A DNA stretch of 64,000 bases from Torpedo marmorata (lineage: Eukaryota). Below, piece by piece: positions 12,643-25,012 of the stretch (positions within the stretch are counted from its first letter, which is position 1; the number at the start of each line of letters is the position of its first letter). Where the stretch lies: the NCBI GenBank assembly GCA_977017645.1, contig OZ360232.1:35340001-35404000 (forward strand), read 5' to 3'. Made by a program: the position numbers and the translations under genes. The notes under the pieces are model-generated. The model ran no database searches and was not told the DNA's origin. It saw only the letters and a list, made by a program, of their open reading frames with translations.

Positions 12643-12809
12643 TTGTGAAGGGTTGGACCATTGTTGTTCCCCCACGGATGCTGCTCGACCCGCTGAGTTC
12701 CTCCAGAAGATAGTGTTTGGCTCCAGATTCCAGCATCTGCAGTCTCTCGTGTTTAACCCACTGCTTGTCCTGAGAGTGTGGTCCCTGGCCCAAGACTCAC
12801 CATTTCAAG

Positions 12810-13380
12810 CTCATTTATTGTCACTCGTACCAAGGTGCAGTGAAAAGGTTTGCTTTGCGAACAGTCCAGCAAGATATCCCATACCATAAGGAGCAGAAAT
12901 AGGCCATTCAGCCCATCAAGTCTGCCCTGCCATTTAATCTTGAGTTGATCCATTTTCCTACTCAGCCCCACTGCCTGATAAGACTACAGGGCATACATAG
13001 TACAGCAAGAAAGATACAGTGCAGAGATACAGAGAGAGATCGATTGGGTTGGAACAGGGGCCACATAACTCTACTGGTGTGGGGTTCATTCAGGAGCCTG
13101 ATAGCCGCAGGAAAGAAACTGCCCTTGAATCTGGTGGTGTGCGATCTCACACTTGTGAATCTTCTTCCTGATGGGAGGGGAGTGAAGAGAGTGTGGCCGG
13201 GGTGGGATGAGTCTTTTAATATGTTGGCTGCTTTCCCAAGGCAGACGGAGTCGAAGGAGGGGAGGGGAGAGGGGTGTGTGATGGTCTGAACCACGTTCGC
13301 AACCCTCTGCAGTTTCTTGTGGACATGAGAGAGCATTTCCCGTCCCACGCAGTGATGCACCCTGACGGGGTGTCTTCAAT
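12810..13380 (-). mobile_element. Rex1/Babar-type LINE fragment
   Basis: KLQRVANV...CLGKAANILKDSSHPGHTLFTPLPSGRRF...SFFPAAIRLLN. Confidence 0.75.
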
Positions 13381-13899
13381 GGTTGAAGGGGAAACATCCT
13401 GAAGTTAGAAAGACTAGCGGCCCCTCCAGGATCAGTAGTTTTTAGTTTTAGATTATAGCATTTAAATAGTTAAATAGTATGTTTTAATTTTAAAAAAACG
13501 TTTGGAATATGGTTACCTGACGTAACTACAATCTTCAGTCTTTAAAAACACTTAGAAACTCCTCTACTTACCTCCGGGAAGATCTGCGGGTCAAGCTACA
13601 CGACCACGGGCTGTTGCGGGGATTAGGCTTTAAAGCCTCGGGGTCGCGGAGAAGACAGAAGCAGTGCGCGAGGTGGAGGAAGCGCAGTAAGCGAGCAGGG
13701 GTACACGCTAGACTGAGAGCGAACCCCTGCCGCCCGGCCCTACTAACGTACGCTATCTCGTCTTACTGTGTATATGGTAATGAACGACAAATAAAGGTGA
13801 CTTGACTTGACTTGAGAATCAGGTTTATTGTCATGAACGTGTCACAACCACGGTGTCTACAGATTTTCGTGTTTTACTTTAGTGTCACAAAATTTGTTG

Positions 13900-14520
13900 T
13901 TTTGCGGCAACATTATTGTGCATTAGAGGTGAAAAACTTTTCCGTAAATACTCTATTTAAAAATAAATAAATTAGTGCAAAAGAAGAGAAAGTGAGGTAG
14001 TGTCTGTGGTTCATTGTCCATTCAGAAATCTGATGGCAGAGGGGAAGAAGCTGTTTTTGTGCCGCTGGGTGTTCATCTTCAGGCTCCTGTACCTCCTTCC
14101 TGATGGTAGCAGTGAGAAGAGGGTATGGCCTGGATGCTGAGGGTCCTTGATGATAGAAGCTGCTTTCTTGAGACACCGCCTCTTGTAGATGTCCTCGATG
14201 GAGTGAAGACAGGTGGCCATGATGGCGCTGGCCGAGTTCACAACTCTCTGTAGCCTCTTCCTGTCCTGTGCATTGGCACCTCCATACCAGACAGTGATGC
14301 AACCAGTCAGAATGCTCTCCACGGTACACCTGTAGAAATGTGCAAGAGTCTTTGGTGATGTACCGAATCTCCTCAAACTCCTCACGATGTATAGCCGCTG
14401 GCGAGCCTTCTTTGTGATTACATCGACATGGAGGCCCCAGGACAGATCCTCAGAGATGTTGACACCCACGAATTTGAAGTTCTTGACCCTTTCCACTGCT
14501 GACCCCTCGATGAGGACTGA
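13900..14520 (-). mobile_element. Rex1/Babar-type LINE, 3' part (family B)
   Basis: ORF 14011-14607: VERVKNFKFVGVNISEDLSW...KARQRLY...ESILTGCITVWYG...SFFPSAIRFLN. Confidence 0.85.
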
Positions 14521-14712
14521 TGAGATAACAAATATCCACAGTGATAAATATTCACTGCATAATACTGAGCATTTCTCACATATTGTTCTACTCCCAGTTT
14601 CCAGCATCTGTTTTTTTATTCAAATGCTTTTCAATAAATTGGATGAAATACAAGTTTAATCTGGCAGGAGGGTTGGGTCCCTGGATAGTGGGAAGGAATG
14701 TGGTAAAAATTC

Positions 14713-15175
14713 GGCATCTGATTGCACAAGTACAACCTGACGAAGCAGTTTTCTCCGGTCCTCGGTGCAAAATATGTAGACACACGACCAGACATAACTC
14801 ACACACAGACAACCAATACACATGCAGGACAAGTATTTCATCTGTACAAATAAATAAATAAATATTGTTTCGTGAATATGAGAGTCTCGGATGGTTAGTG
14901 TGAGCAGTTCCTTTGGTCGTTCAGCATTCTCACTGCCCGTGGGAAGAAGCTGTTCCTCAGCCTGGTGGTGCTGGCTCTGATACTCCTGTATCTCTTCCCC
15001 GACGGGAGCAGCTGAAAGATGCTGTTTGCAGGATGGAACGGGTCCCCAATGATTTTGCGCGCCCTCTTCAGACAACGATCACAGTAGATCACGTCGATGG
15101 GGGGGAGGGAGACTCCAGTGATCCTCTCTGCCACTCTTATGGTCCTGTGGATTGACGATCGATCCATTTCTCTAC
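14713..15175 (-). mobile_element. Rex1/Babar-type LINE, 3' end (family A)
   Basis: ORF 14895-15167 is nearly identical to ORF 215-511. Confidence 0.85.
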
Positions 15176-15764
15176 AAGTGTTCTATCTTTTGTGTTGGCT
15201 TGGAAAATGCCTTATGTTGGGGAGTGGGTGAGGGAGTCGCAGGTTGAACTGCCAAGGATTGTCTGTTAATAGCTCATCAACCTGAAACGTGAACTCTGTT
15301 TCTCGCCCCACAGAGGCTGCCTGGCCTGCGGAGTGTTTCCAGCGTTTTCTGGTTTTATTTCAGACATCCGGCGTCTGCGGTTTTTTATTTCTGGGAGCTC
15401 AAGGTGAGAGGGCTGGTTTTGGCTTCATCCCCTTGCCTGTTCTCTTTCTGTCAGCCCTTTTGGAAGTGGAAGGATCGCCCAGGAAGGAGAGGATGCGAGG
15501 AATCAATGTTCCGGCCTCTCCCTTCCCCGCCGGTATGCCCACACCATCTGCCCTGGCCACGGCAAGGCCCTGTGAGAGGAGAAAGGTGTGAGCAGCCACA
15601 CCTTCGGCCCTGCAGTTCGGCCGGCACCCAGGAGGCCAGGAGGGTGGCACGCTGACAGGTTGGAGCAGCTCACACACGTTCACGTGACGTGGCTGTGTCT
15701 GCATCAGGGAGGTTTAGAAGGCAACGTTTTGGCCTTAACGAGCAAAGTTTAAAAACAAAACTCG

Positions 15765-16202
15765 CACACACACACACACACACACACGCATGCAGTGTTT
15801 TATACACATGCACACACAGTGTTATACACACACATACACAGTGTTTTATACATATGCACACACACAGTGTTACACACACACACACACACACGCACAGTGT
15901 TATAAACACACACTGCTTCATATGCGCACACACAGACACAGTGTTATACACACACTCACTGCTTCTTACGCACATACACACGCATAAACATACGCAGAAA
16001 CACACATTCACACTGTTATACACACATACAGACACACACACACAATGTTATACACAGTTTAAAGATGCACACAATTACACTGTAATACACACTGTTACAC
16101 ACATACAAATAAATGTGCACAATCTTTAAAATACATACACAGTATATAGACATGAGCACACAAACACACACACACACACACACACACTGATGCACCCACA
16201 CT
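15765..16202. repeat. Degenerate (CA)n-rich low-complexity tract with recurring CAGTGTTATACAC units
   Basis: Read directly from the sequence; runs into the N gap. Confidence 0.9.
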
Positions 16203-16341
16203 NNNNNNNNNNNNNNNNNNNNNNNNNNNNNNNNNNNNNNNNNNNNNNNNNNNNNNNNNNNNNNNNNNNNNNNNNNNNNNNNNNNNNNNNNNNNNNNNNN
16301 NNNNNNNNNNNNNNNNNNNNNNNNNNNNNNNNNNNNNNNNN
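16203..16341. other. Assembly gap
   Basis: Run of N. Confidence 1.
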
Positions 16342-16929
16342 AGTGTACAATGTTCACAGAGGGTTCAACAGCTTAGACACAGTGAGGATGTTTCCCCAGA
16401 TGGAGCATTCCAGCAACAGGGGTCACAGTTATAGAGCACATAAACAGGCCATTTGGCCCAACTCGACCATGCTGACCAAGGCACCCATCTACACTAGTCC
16501 CATTTGCCTGCGTTCACTCTATCTCCCTCTCAACCTCTCCTATCCATGGACCTGTCCAAATGTCTTTTGAATGTTCTAATTGTCCCCTCTACCACTTCCT
16601 CTGGCAGTCGTTCCACAGACCCTACACCCTCTGGGAAAGTGGAAAACATCCCCCCTCAAATCTTCGAGTAAGGGGTCGGCTGATCAGAATAAGCATGGGG
16701 AGAAAGTCCTCGACTCAGAAGGAGGTGAACCGATGGAATTCTGCCCCAGCGGGTGAGAGGGACTCAGTCACAAACAAAATACAGAGACGGATAGATTTCC
16801 GGACATGGTGGAATGTGAGGGATGTAGGGATTCTGAAGGAACATGGCACTGAATTGGCAGATCTTGATAAATGGAGGATGAGACTGGGGAAGAACTGCCC
16901 CTTAACCTCATGTTCTGACATTCACACAT

Positions 16930-17465
16930 CTGCAAACAAGCAGGTCCCAAAAATTCATGGGTGTCAACATCTCTGAAGATCTGTCCTGGGGCCTCCATGT
17001 CGATGCAATCACGAAGAAGGCTCACCGGCGGCAAAATTTTGTGAGGTGTTTGAGGAGATTTGGTACGTCACCAAAGACTCTTGCAAATTTCTACAGGTGT
17101 ACCGTGGAGAGCATTCTGACTGGTTGCATCACTGTCTGATATGGAGGTGACAATGCACAGGACAGGAAGAGGCTACAGAGAGTTGTGAACTCAGCCAGCG
17201 CCATCACGGGCATTAGTCTTCACTCCATCGAGGACATCTACAAGAGGCGGTGTCTCAAGAAAGCAGCCTCTATCCTCAAGGACCATCACCACCCAGGCCA
17301 TGCCCTCTTCACACTGCTACCATCAGGAAGGAGGTACAAGAGCCTGAAGACAAACACCCAACGTACAAAAACAGCTTCTTCCCCTCCGCCATCAGATTTC
17401 TGAATGGACAATGAACCACAGACACTACCTCACTTTCTCTTCTTTTGCAAAAATTTATTTATTTT
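16930..17465 (+). mobile_element. Rex1/Babar-type LINE, 3' part (family B, frameshifted)
   Basis: ORFs 16957-17139 and 17185-17403 match the 14011-14607 protein. Confidence 0.8.
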
Positions 17466-18080
17466 TAAGTCAAGTCAAGTTTATTGTCATCTGATTGCAT
17501 AAGTACAACCCGACAAAACAGTGTTCTCCGGTCCTCAGTGCAAAACACGCAGACACACAACCAGACATAACACATAAAAACAAACAATACATATGCAGGA
17601 CAAGTATTCATCTATAGAAATAAATAAATAAATAAATATTGCTTTGTACAAATGAGAGTCTCGGGTGGTTAGTGTGAGCAGTTCCTTTGGTCGTTCAGCA
17701 TTCTCACTGCCCGTGGGAAGAAGCTGTTCCTCAGCCTGGTGGTGCTGGCTCTGATACTCCTGTATCTATTGCCCGACAGGAGAAGCTGAAAAGTGCTGTG
17801 TGCGGGTTGGAAGGGGTCCTCAATGATTTTCTGCATCCTCTTCAGACAACGATCCCAGTACATAACGTCGAAGGGAGACTCCAGTGATCCTCTCTGTCAC
17901 TCTTATGGTCCTGTGGATTGACCTCTGATCCATTTCTCTGCAGCAACCATGCCACACTATGATGCAGCCAGCCAGGACGCTCCTGATAGAGCTCCTATAA
18001 CCATATAACCATATAACAATTACAGCACGGAAACAGGCCATTAGGCCCTTCCAGTCCGCACCGAACCAAAACATTCCTAT

Positions 18081-21018
18081 CTAGTCCCACCTACCTGCAC
18101 CCTGCCCATAACCCTCCACTTCCCTCTCATCCATATACCTGTCCAACCTTTTCTTAAATACTAAAATTGACTCTGCCGCCACTACTTCTCCCGGAAGCTC
18201 ATTCCACACCGCTACCACTCTCTGAGTAAAGAAGTTCCCCCTCATGTTACCTCTAAACCTCTGCCCCTTAACTCTTAGCTCATGTCCTCTTGTTTCAATC
18301 TCTCCTATTCTTAATGGAAATAGTCTATCCACATCCACTCTGTCTATCCCTTTCATAATTTTAAATACCTCTATCAAATCCCCTCTCAACCTTCTACGCT
18401 CCAAAGAATAAAGACCTAATCTGCTCAATCTCTCCTTGTACTCTAAATTCTTAAACCCAGGTAACATTCTGGTAAACCTTCTCTGCACTCTCTCCACTTT
18501 GTTGATATCCTTCCTATAATTTGGCGACCAGAACTGCACACAGAACTCTAAATTAGGCCGCACCAAAGCCTTATATAATCTCAACATCACTTCCCAACTC
18601 CTATATTCTATGCATTGATTGATGAAGGCCAGCATACTAAAAGCCTTCTTCACCACCCTATTCACATGAGTTTCCACCTTCAGGGAATGATGCACCGTTA
18701 TTCCTAAATCTTTCTGCTCTTCTGTATTCATCAATGCTCTCCCATTTACTACATATGTCCTGTTCTGATTCTTCTTTCCAAAATGAAGCACCTCACACTT
18801 ATCAGCATTAAACTCCATCTGCCATTTTTCAGCCCACTTTTCTAAGCAGCCCAAATCCTTCTGCAATCCTTGAAAACCTTCTTCATTATCCACTATTCCA
18901 CCTATCTTGGTATCATCTGCATATTTACTAATCCAGTTTACCACCCCATCATCTAGATCATTGATATATATAACAAACAACAATGGGCCCAACACAGATC
19001 CCTGAGGCACACCGCTTGTCACGGGCTTCCAAGCTGACAAACAATTATCCACTACCACTCTCTGGCCTCTCCCCTCCAGCCAATGTTCAATCCATTTGAC
19101 TATCTCAGAATCTATACCTAAAGACTGCACCTTCCTCACTAACCTTCCATGCGGAACCTTATCAAAGGCCTTACTGAAGTCCATATAGACAACATCCACC
19201 GCACTACCCTCATCCACAGTCCTAGTCACCTCTTCAAAAAATTCAATCAGATTTGTCAAACAGGACCTTCCGCTCACAAATCCATGTTGAGAGTTCCCGA
19301 TCAGACCCTGCCTATCCAGATATTTATAAGTCCTATCTCTGAGAACTTTCTCCATTAATTTACCTACCACAGACGTCAAACTTACAGGCCGATAATTGCC
19401 AGGCTTCCTCCTTGAACCCTTTTTAAATAACGGAACCACATGCGCAATACGCCAATCCTCCGGCACTATCCCCGTCTCTAATGACATTTGGAAAATCGCC
19501 GTCAGAGCCTCTGCTATTTCTTCTCTTACTTTTCTCAAGGTCCTGGGGAAGATCCCGTCGGGTCCTGGAGACTTATCCACCTTTATATTCCTCAAAAGCC
19601 CTAACACTACATCTTTCGTAATCCCTATATTCTCCATATTTACCCCATTAGCTTTGTTTATCTCGCATATATCAATATCCTTCTCCTTGGTGAATACCGA
19701 AGAAAAAAAACTGTTCAATATCTCCCCCATTTCTCTAGGCTCCACACACAGTTTTCCTTTCTGATTCTCTAAGGGACCAATTTTGTCCCTTAATGTATTT
19801 ATAAAAACCTTTTGGATTAACCTTCACCCTGCTTGCAATAGTCTCTTCATACCTTCTTTTTGCTATCCTAATTCCTCTCTTAAGATTCTTTTTACATTCA
19901 ATGTATTTTTCAAACATCTCCTTATTTCCATGCTTCTTATACTTAATATACGCCTCCCTTTTTTTCCGAACCAAGTTTCCAATATTCCTCGAGAACCACG
20001 GCTCCCTCAAACCTTTTGCCCCTCCTTTTAACCTAACAGGAACATAAATCTTTTGCACTCTCAAAATCTGATCTTTAAAAGACTTCCATCTCTCTACAAC
20101 ATCCTGCCCATAAAACAAATTGTCCCAATGCACACCCTCTAAGTCCTTTCGCATCCCCTCAAATCTAGCTTTTCCCCAATCAAAAACCTCAACCCTTGGC
20201 CCTGACTTATCTCTTTCCATAATGACGTTGAAGCTGATAGCATTATGATCACTGGACCCGAAGTGCTCGCCAACACAAACCTCCGTCACTTGACCTATCT
20301 CATTTGCTAACAGTAGATCTAACACGGCTCCTTCTCTGGTCGGTACCTCTACATACTGTTGTAAAAAACTCTCCTGCACACATTTCACAAATTCCAACCC
20401 ATCCAGCCCTTTCACAGAATGGGTCTCCCAATCTATATGTGGAAAATTAAAATCTCCCACAATCACAACCCTGTGCTTATCACAATTATCCGCTATCTCC
20501 CTACAGATATGTTCCTCCAGGTCTCGGTCCCCTCCGGGTGGTCTATAATACACCCCTACAAGTGTAACTTCTCCTTTCCCACTCCTCAGTTCTACCCAAA
20601 CAGCCTCCGTGGACAAGCCCTCTAATCTATCCTGCCTAAGCACCGCTGTAATATTCTCCCTGACAAGCAATGCAACACCACCTCCTCTTGCTCCTCCGGC
20701 TCTATCACACCTAAAGCAACGAAACCCAGGGATATTCAACTGCCAATCACATCCCTCCTGCAACCATGTCTCACTAATGGCTACCACATCATACTTCCAA
20801 GTATCAATCCACACCTTCAGCTCATCCACCTTTTTTACAATACTCCTGGCATTAAAATATATGAATTTCAGAGATTTCACACTTCTTAATCTTTGTTTGC
20901 CCTCACCATTAGTAACCTTCTCTATCACCTGCCCATCCATATTCAAACTCTGACTACAAACTTTCTCTGTTCTATCCTTCTCCTTACTGCTCTGTACTAT
21001 TTTGCTCCCTCCCCCCAA
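18081..21018 (-). pseudogene. CR1 ORF2 (APE endonuclease plus RT) with one frameshifting deletion at 19790/19791
   Basis: YFNARSI, SETWL, GGGVAL, VYYRPP, GDFNFP, SDHN, then [40 protein letters not shown]. Comparison with the copy near 52190 shows ~17 nt missing. Confidence 0.9.
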
Positions 21019-21023
21019 CCTTT

Positions 21024-21959
21024 CTAGTTTAAAGGATCCTGAGTAGCCCTAGCAAATACCCCTGCCAGAATTCTGGTCCCCCTGGGATTCAAGTGCAACC
21101 CGTCCTGACTGTACAGGTCACTTCTCCCCCAAAAAAGGTCCCAGTGATCCAGAAACTTGAAACCCTGCCCCTTACTCCACCCCTTCAGCCACGTGTTAAT
21201 CCTCCACCTCATTCTATTTCTACTCTCACTGTCACGTGGCACAGGGAGTAATCCGGAGATTACCCCCTTTGCGGTCCTTCTTTTTAACTCCCTACCTAAC
21301 TGCCTATACTCACTTTTTAGGACCTCTTCTCTATTTCTTCCTATGTCATTGGTACCGACATGTACCACGACCTCTGGCTCCTGTCCCTCCCCCTTTAGGA
21401 TATCCGGGACACGAGCAGCAACATCCCGGACCCTGGCACCAGGGAGGCAAACCACCATCCGGTTCTCCTTGTTGCGTCCACAGAATCCCCTATCTGTCCT
21501 CTTGACTATGGAGTCCCCTACAACTATTGCCCTCCTCTTCCTTTCCCTACCCTTCTGAGCTACAGGGGCTGACCTTGTACCAGAGGCACAGCCCCTGCTG
21601 CTCCCCCCAACTATGCTGTCCTCCTCAACAGTACCCAAAGAGGCGTACTTATTGTTCAGGGTTACAGACATAGGGCTCCTCTCTGGCACCTTACTCTTTT
21701 TTGTCCCTCTCCTAACGGTCACCCACCTTTCCTCCTCCCGTGGCCCTGGTGTGACCACCTGGCTGTAACTCCTGTCTATGACTTCCCCTGTTTCCCTAAC
21801 CAATCGGAGGTCGTCGAGCTGCAGCTCCAGTTCCCTAACTCGGTCCTTGAGAATCTGCAGCTCTAAACACCTCGTGCAGATATGGACATCAGGGAGTCTT
21901 GAAGACTCCAGGACCTCCCACATCTGGCACTCCCAACAACACACAGCCCTAACACTCAT
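21024..21959 (-). CDS. CR1 ORF1: zinc finger, coiled coil and SGNH/GDSL esterase
   Basis: CWEC...ICTRC, IVVGDSIV, PGARVRDV, VHVGTNDI, DGLHLN; open for 311 aa. Confidence 0.88.
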   Translation of the reverse strand: MSVRAVCCWECQMWEVLESSRLPDVHICTRCLELQILKDRVRELELQLDDLRLVRETGEVIDRSYSQVVTPGPREEERWVTVRRGTKKSKVPERSPMSVTLNNKYASLGTVEEDSIVGGSSRGCASGTRSAPVAQKGRERKRRAIVVGDSIVKRTDRGFCGRNKENRMVVCLPGARVRDVAARVPDILKGEGQEPEVVVHVGTNDIGRNREEVLKSEYRQLGRELKRRTAKGVISGLLPVPRDSESRNRMRWRINTWLKGWSKGQGFKFLDHWDLFWGRSDLYSQDGLHLNPRGTRILAGVFARATQDPLN

Positions 21960-22783
21960 CCTTTACCCCAATGAAATCGTAATATGAGAAGGTTGACATG
22001 ATGGTGGCCGGTAGCCTTGCCCGCTTCAGTCTTCTCAGGAAGTGCAGTCGCTGTTGCACCTTCCTGACAAGTGAGGAGATGTTGTGTGTCCACGAATAGG
22101 TCACTAGTTAAGTGAACTCCAAGGAACTTGATGCTCTCCACACTCTCTACTACAGAGCTATTGATGTGTAGTGGAGGTTGGTCGTTCCTGGTCCTCCTGA
22201 AGTCCACGATCATCTCCTTCGTCTTGTCCACGTTGAGACTCAAGTTGTTACTCTCGCACCATATCACGAGATTTTCCACCTCTTCTCCGTAGTGCGACTC
22301 ATCGTTGTTGCTGATGAGGCCAACGACTGTTGTGTCATCTGCAAACTTGATGACACTGTTGGAGCTGTAATTTATGTAATGTAATTTATAGCAATGTTTG
22401 CACTGTGATGCTGCCGCAAAATAACAAATTCCGTGACATGTTCCTGACAATAAATTCTGATTCTTCTGATTCTGAAACCAAGAACATCTATTTTATTCCA
22501 ACTCATTGAACCAGAATTTTATTTCCTTTTCTCATACAGGCTGCCTCTGAGGACACTTGAATTGGGGGGGAGCTCAATTCATTCCTGATACATGGAAACT
22601 TATCGCATGCCCTCACTTTAAATCATCACTCAAACAGGAGACTGATCGGAGACACACGAGGCAAAAGTTAACGGCAAGACCTTTGCAACGGGACTTGCAA
22701 AGGTCTCGAAGACACACAGCCTTGGCAAGCAGGTGGACATTCTGACATCTCCTCTCAACTCAGCAGGGGGAGAGTGCAGCCAG

Positions 22784-23132
22784 ATGCAGGTAGAGGCAGA
22801 TGTGCGGTCGTGCACCTACATAGCAGGGGGCCCAAAGTCCGCATGGTCCGTGGAAGGGCCCGACTCGCCCCTGTCCGACGCTGGGATCTGGGAGGACGCA
22901 GGTGCGCAGGAGGTCGGGGAGATGGACAAGGGTGGGCAGCGTCCCCCTGGCAGCACCTTTGTGTACAGTGAGGCAGCTCCCACCGGGGGTGAGGCGGAGG
23001 CAGGGCAAGTGCCCAGCGCCGGGGAGGAAGTCACACCAACCTCCAGCAGCTCACCAGAAGCCAGCGATGAGAGGACTAAGCCCTGGAGCCCAGAGGGAGG
23101 AAGACTTCCCAATGGACAGCAGACTCCAACAC
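22784..23132 (+). CDS. SYNPO: Probable upstream coding exon of SYNPO (exon 22540-23132, ATG at 22784; acidic, Pro/Gly-rich ~116 aa)
   Basis: Unique, non-repeat GC-rich segment. Acceptor tttccttttctcatacag|G at 22539/22540 and donor AC|GTAAGG at 23132/23133. It ends in phase 1, so C+GA gives an in-frame Arg with the 60634 exon. Long mammalian SYNPO has a similar-sized low-complexity N-terminal exon. No direct sequence homology was recognised. Confidence 0.6.
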
Positions 23133-23256
23133 GTAAGGACATTTATCCCATTGCAGGGTGACCTTTAAAAGCTTTTATCGCGCCGATAAAAACTCTCTCA
23201 GTAAATACTGGGCCATTCGCAACAAAAGGCCCACAGCAGTGTGTGACCATATAACA

Positions 23257-24160
23257 CAATACTGAGGGGGGTGGGTGTCTCACTGTGGGAGGGGCACTAC
23301 TGAGGGGGGGTCACTGTGGCAGGGGTGGTACTGAGGGAGCTCCCCCCTGTGGGTGGGGCAGTACTGAGGGGGGTCACACTGTGGGAGGGGCAATACTGAG
23401 GGGGGGGTCATACTGTGGGAGGGGCAGTACTGAGGGGGTCACACTGTGGGGAGGGGCAGTACTGAGGGGGGTCACACTGTGGGAGGGGCAGTACTGAGGG
23501 GGGGTCACTGGGGGAGGGGCGGTACTGAGGGGGGTCACACTGTGGGAGGGGCGGTACTGAGGGGGGTCACACTGTGGGAGGGGCGGTACTGAGGGAGCTC
23601 CCCACTGTGGGAGGGGCAGTACTGAGGGAGCTCCCCACTGTGGGAGGGGGCAGAACTGAGGGAGCTCCCCACTGTGGGAGGGGCAGTACTGAGGGAGCTC
23701 CCCACTGTGGGAGGGGCGGTACTGAGGGGGGTCACACTGTGGGAGGGGCGGTATTGAGGGAGCTCCCCACTGTGGGAGGGGCAGTTCTGAGGGAGCTCCC
23801 CACTGTGGGAGGGGGCAGTACTGAGGGAGCTCCCCACTGTGGGAGGGGGCAGTACTGAGGGAGCTCCTCTGTGGGAGGGGCAGTACTGAGGGAGCTCCCC
23901 ACTGTGGGAGGGGGCAGTACTGAGGGAGCTCCCCACTGAGGGAGGGGGCAGTACTGAGGGAGCTCCCCACTGTGGGAGGGGCGTTACTGAGGGAGCTCCC
24001 CACTGTGGGAGGGGCAGTACTGGGGAGCTCCCCACTATGGGAGGGGGCAGGTCTGAGGGAGCTCCCCACTGTGGGAGGGGCAGTACTGGGGAGCTCCCCA
24101 CTATGGGAGGGGGCAGGTCTGAGGGAGCTCCCCACTGTGGGAGGGGCAGTACTGGGGAGC
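23257..24160. repeat. G-rich minisatellite, ~33-34 bp unit (CACTGTGGGAGGGGCAGTACTGAGGGAGCTCCC and variants)
   Basis: More than 25 tandem units, with two subtypes (GGGGGGTCA and GGGAGCTCCC). Confidence 0.95.
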
Positions 24161-24511
24161 CATATCATTGGTCCTGGGATGACTTCATTGTCGTTTATAA
24201 CACAGCTGGTTTATGTACCTCTCACAATGTTCAGAAAGGCCCTGAGAGGCACCCAGGAAATGGGCAGGACCATGGACACAAGGCCACGGACACAAGGCCA
24301 CGGACCAGTCACAATCTTCTCCTGCTCACCATCTGCTGCTGATTCATTGATGGTGGCAGAAACAATTCAGCATAAAAGGCTCTGAAAGAGAAAGCAGGCT
24401 GTGGCTGAGGGAGAGGGAATAGAGAGAGAGAGAGAGAGAAAGAGGGAGAGAGAGAAGGAAGGGTGGGGTTGGGGGAGAGAGATAGAGAGAGGGAGGGAGG
24501 GTGTCAGCGGG

Positions 24512-25012
24512 AGATTCGGTATGTCACCGAAGACACTCGAAAACTTCTACAGGTGTACTGTGGAGAGCATTCTGGCTGGTTGCATCACTGTCTGGTACGG
24601 AGGAGCCAACTCTCAGGACAAGAAAAAATCTCCAGAGGGTTGTTAACTCGGCCTGCGACATCACAGGCACCAGACTTCACTCCATCGAGGACGTCTACAT
24701 GAGGCGGTGTCTTAAAAAAGCAGCCTCTATCCTCAAAGACCCCCACCACCCAGGCCATGCCCCCTTCACTCTGCAACCACGGGAAAAAGGTACAGGAGCC
24801 TAAAGACGAGCACTCAACGGCACAAGGACAGCGTCTTCCCCGCTGCCATCACATTCCTGAATGATCAATGACCCAAAGACACTACCTTACTTTTCGTGCA
24901 CTATTTTAAAAATTTATTGTTGTAAGGTGGTGTATATGAATGTTTGCACAGTGATGCTGCTACAAAACACCGAATTTCGTGACTTGTTCATGACAATAAA
25001 TTCTGATTATGA
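24512..25012 (+). mobile_element. Rex1/Babar-type LINE, 3' part (family B)
   Basis: FYRCTVESILAGCITVWYG...RRCLKKAASILKDPHHPGH; tail ACAATAAATTCTGATT. Confidence 0.8.

Larger units (their letters stand above)
17997..21986 (-). mobile_element. Near full-length CR1 LINE (HER1-like)
   Basis: ORF1 and ORF2 are listed below. The 3' tail (GTTATATG)n lies at 17997-18017. Confidence 0.92.
17468..22370 (-). mobile_element. Rex1/Babar-type LINE (family A), split by the CR1 insertion into 17468-17996 and 21987-22370
   Basis: The halves rejoin as ...GAGCTCCT|AGAAGGTTGA..., compare 165-195 on the + strand. The 5' half has the RT motif KFADDTTVVGLI. Confidence 0.8.

Noticed and set aside
15670-16570. His/Thr or Cys/Val-rich ORFs
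   Set aside because: Translations of the (CA)n tract and the N gap.
23257-24160. CRISPR array or repeat-protein genes (ORFs of 264 and 188 aa)
   Set aside because: Tandem units have no unique spacers, the context is eukaryotic with no cas genes, and the ORFs are open only because the repeat lacks stops.
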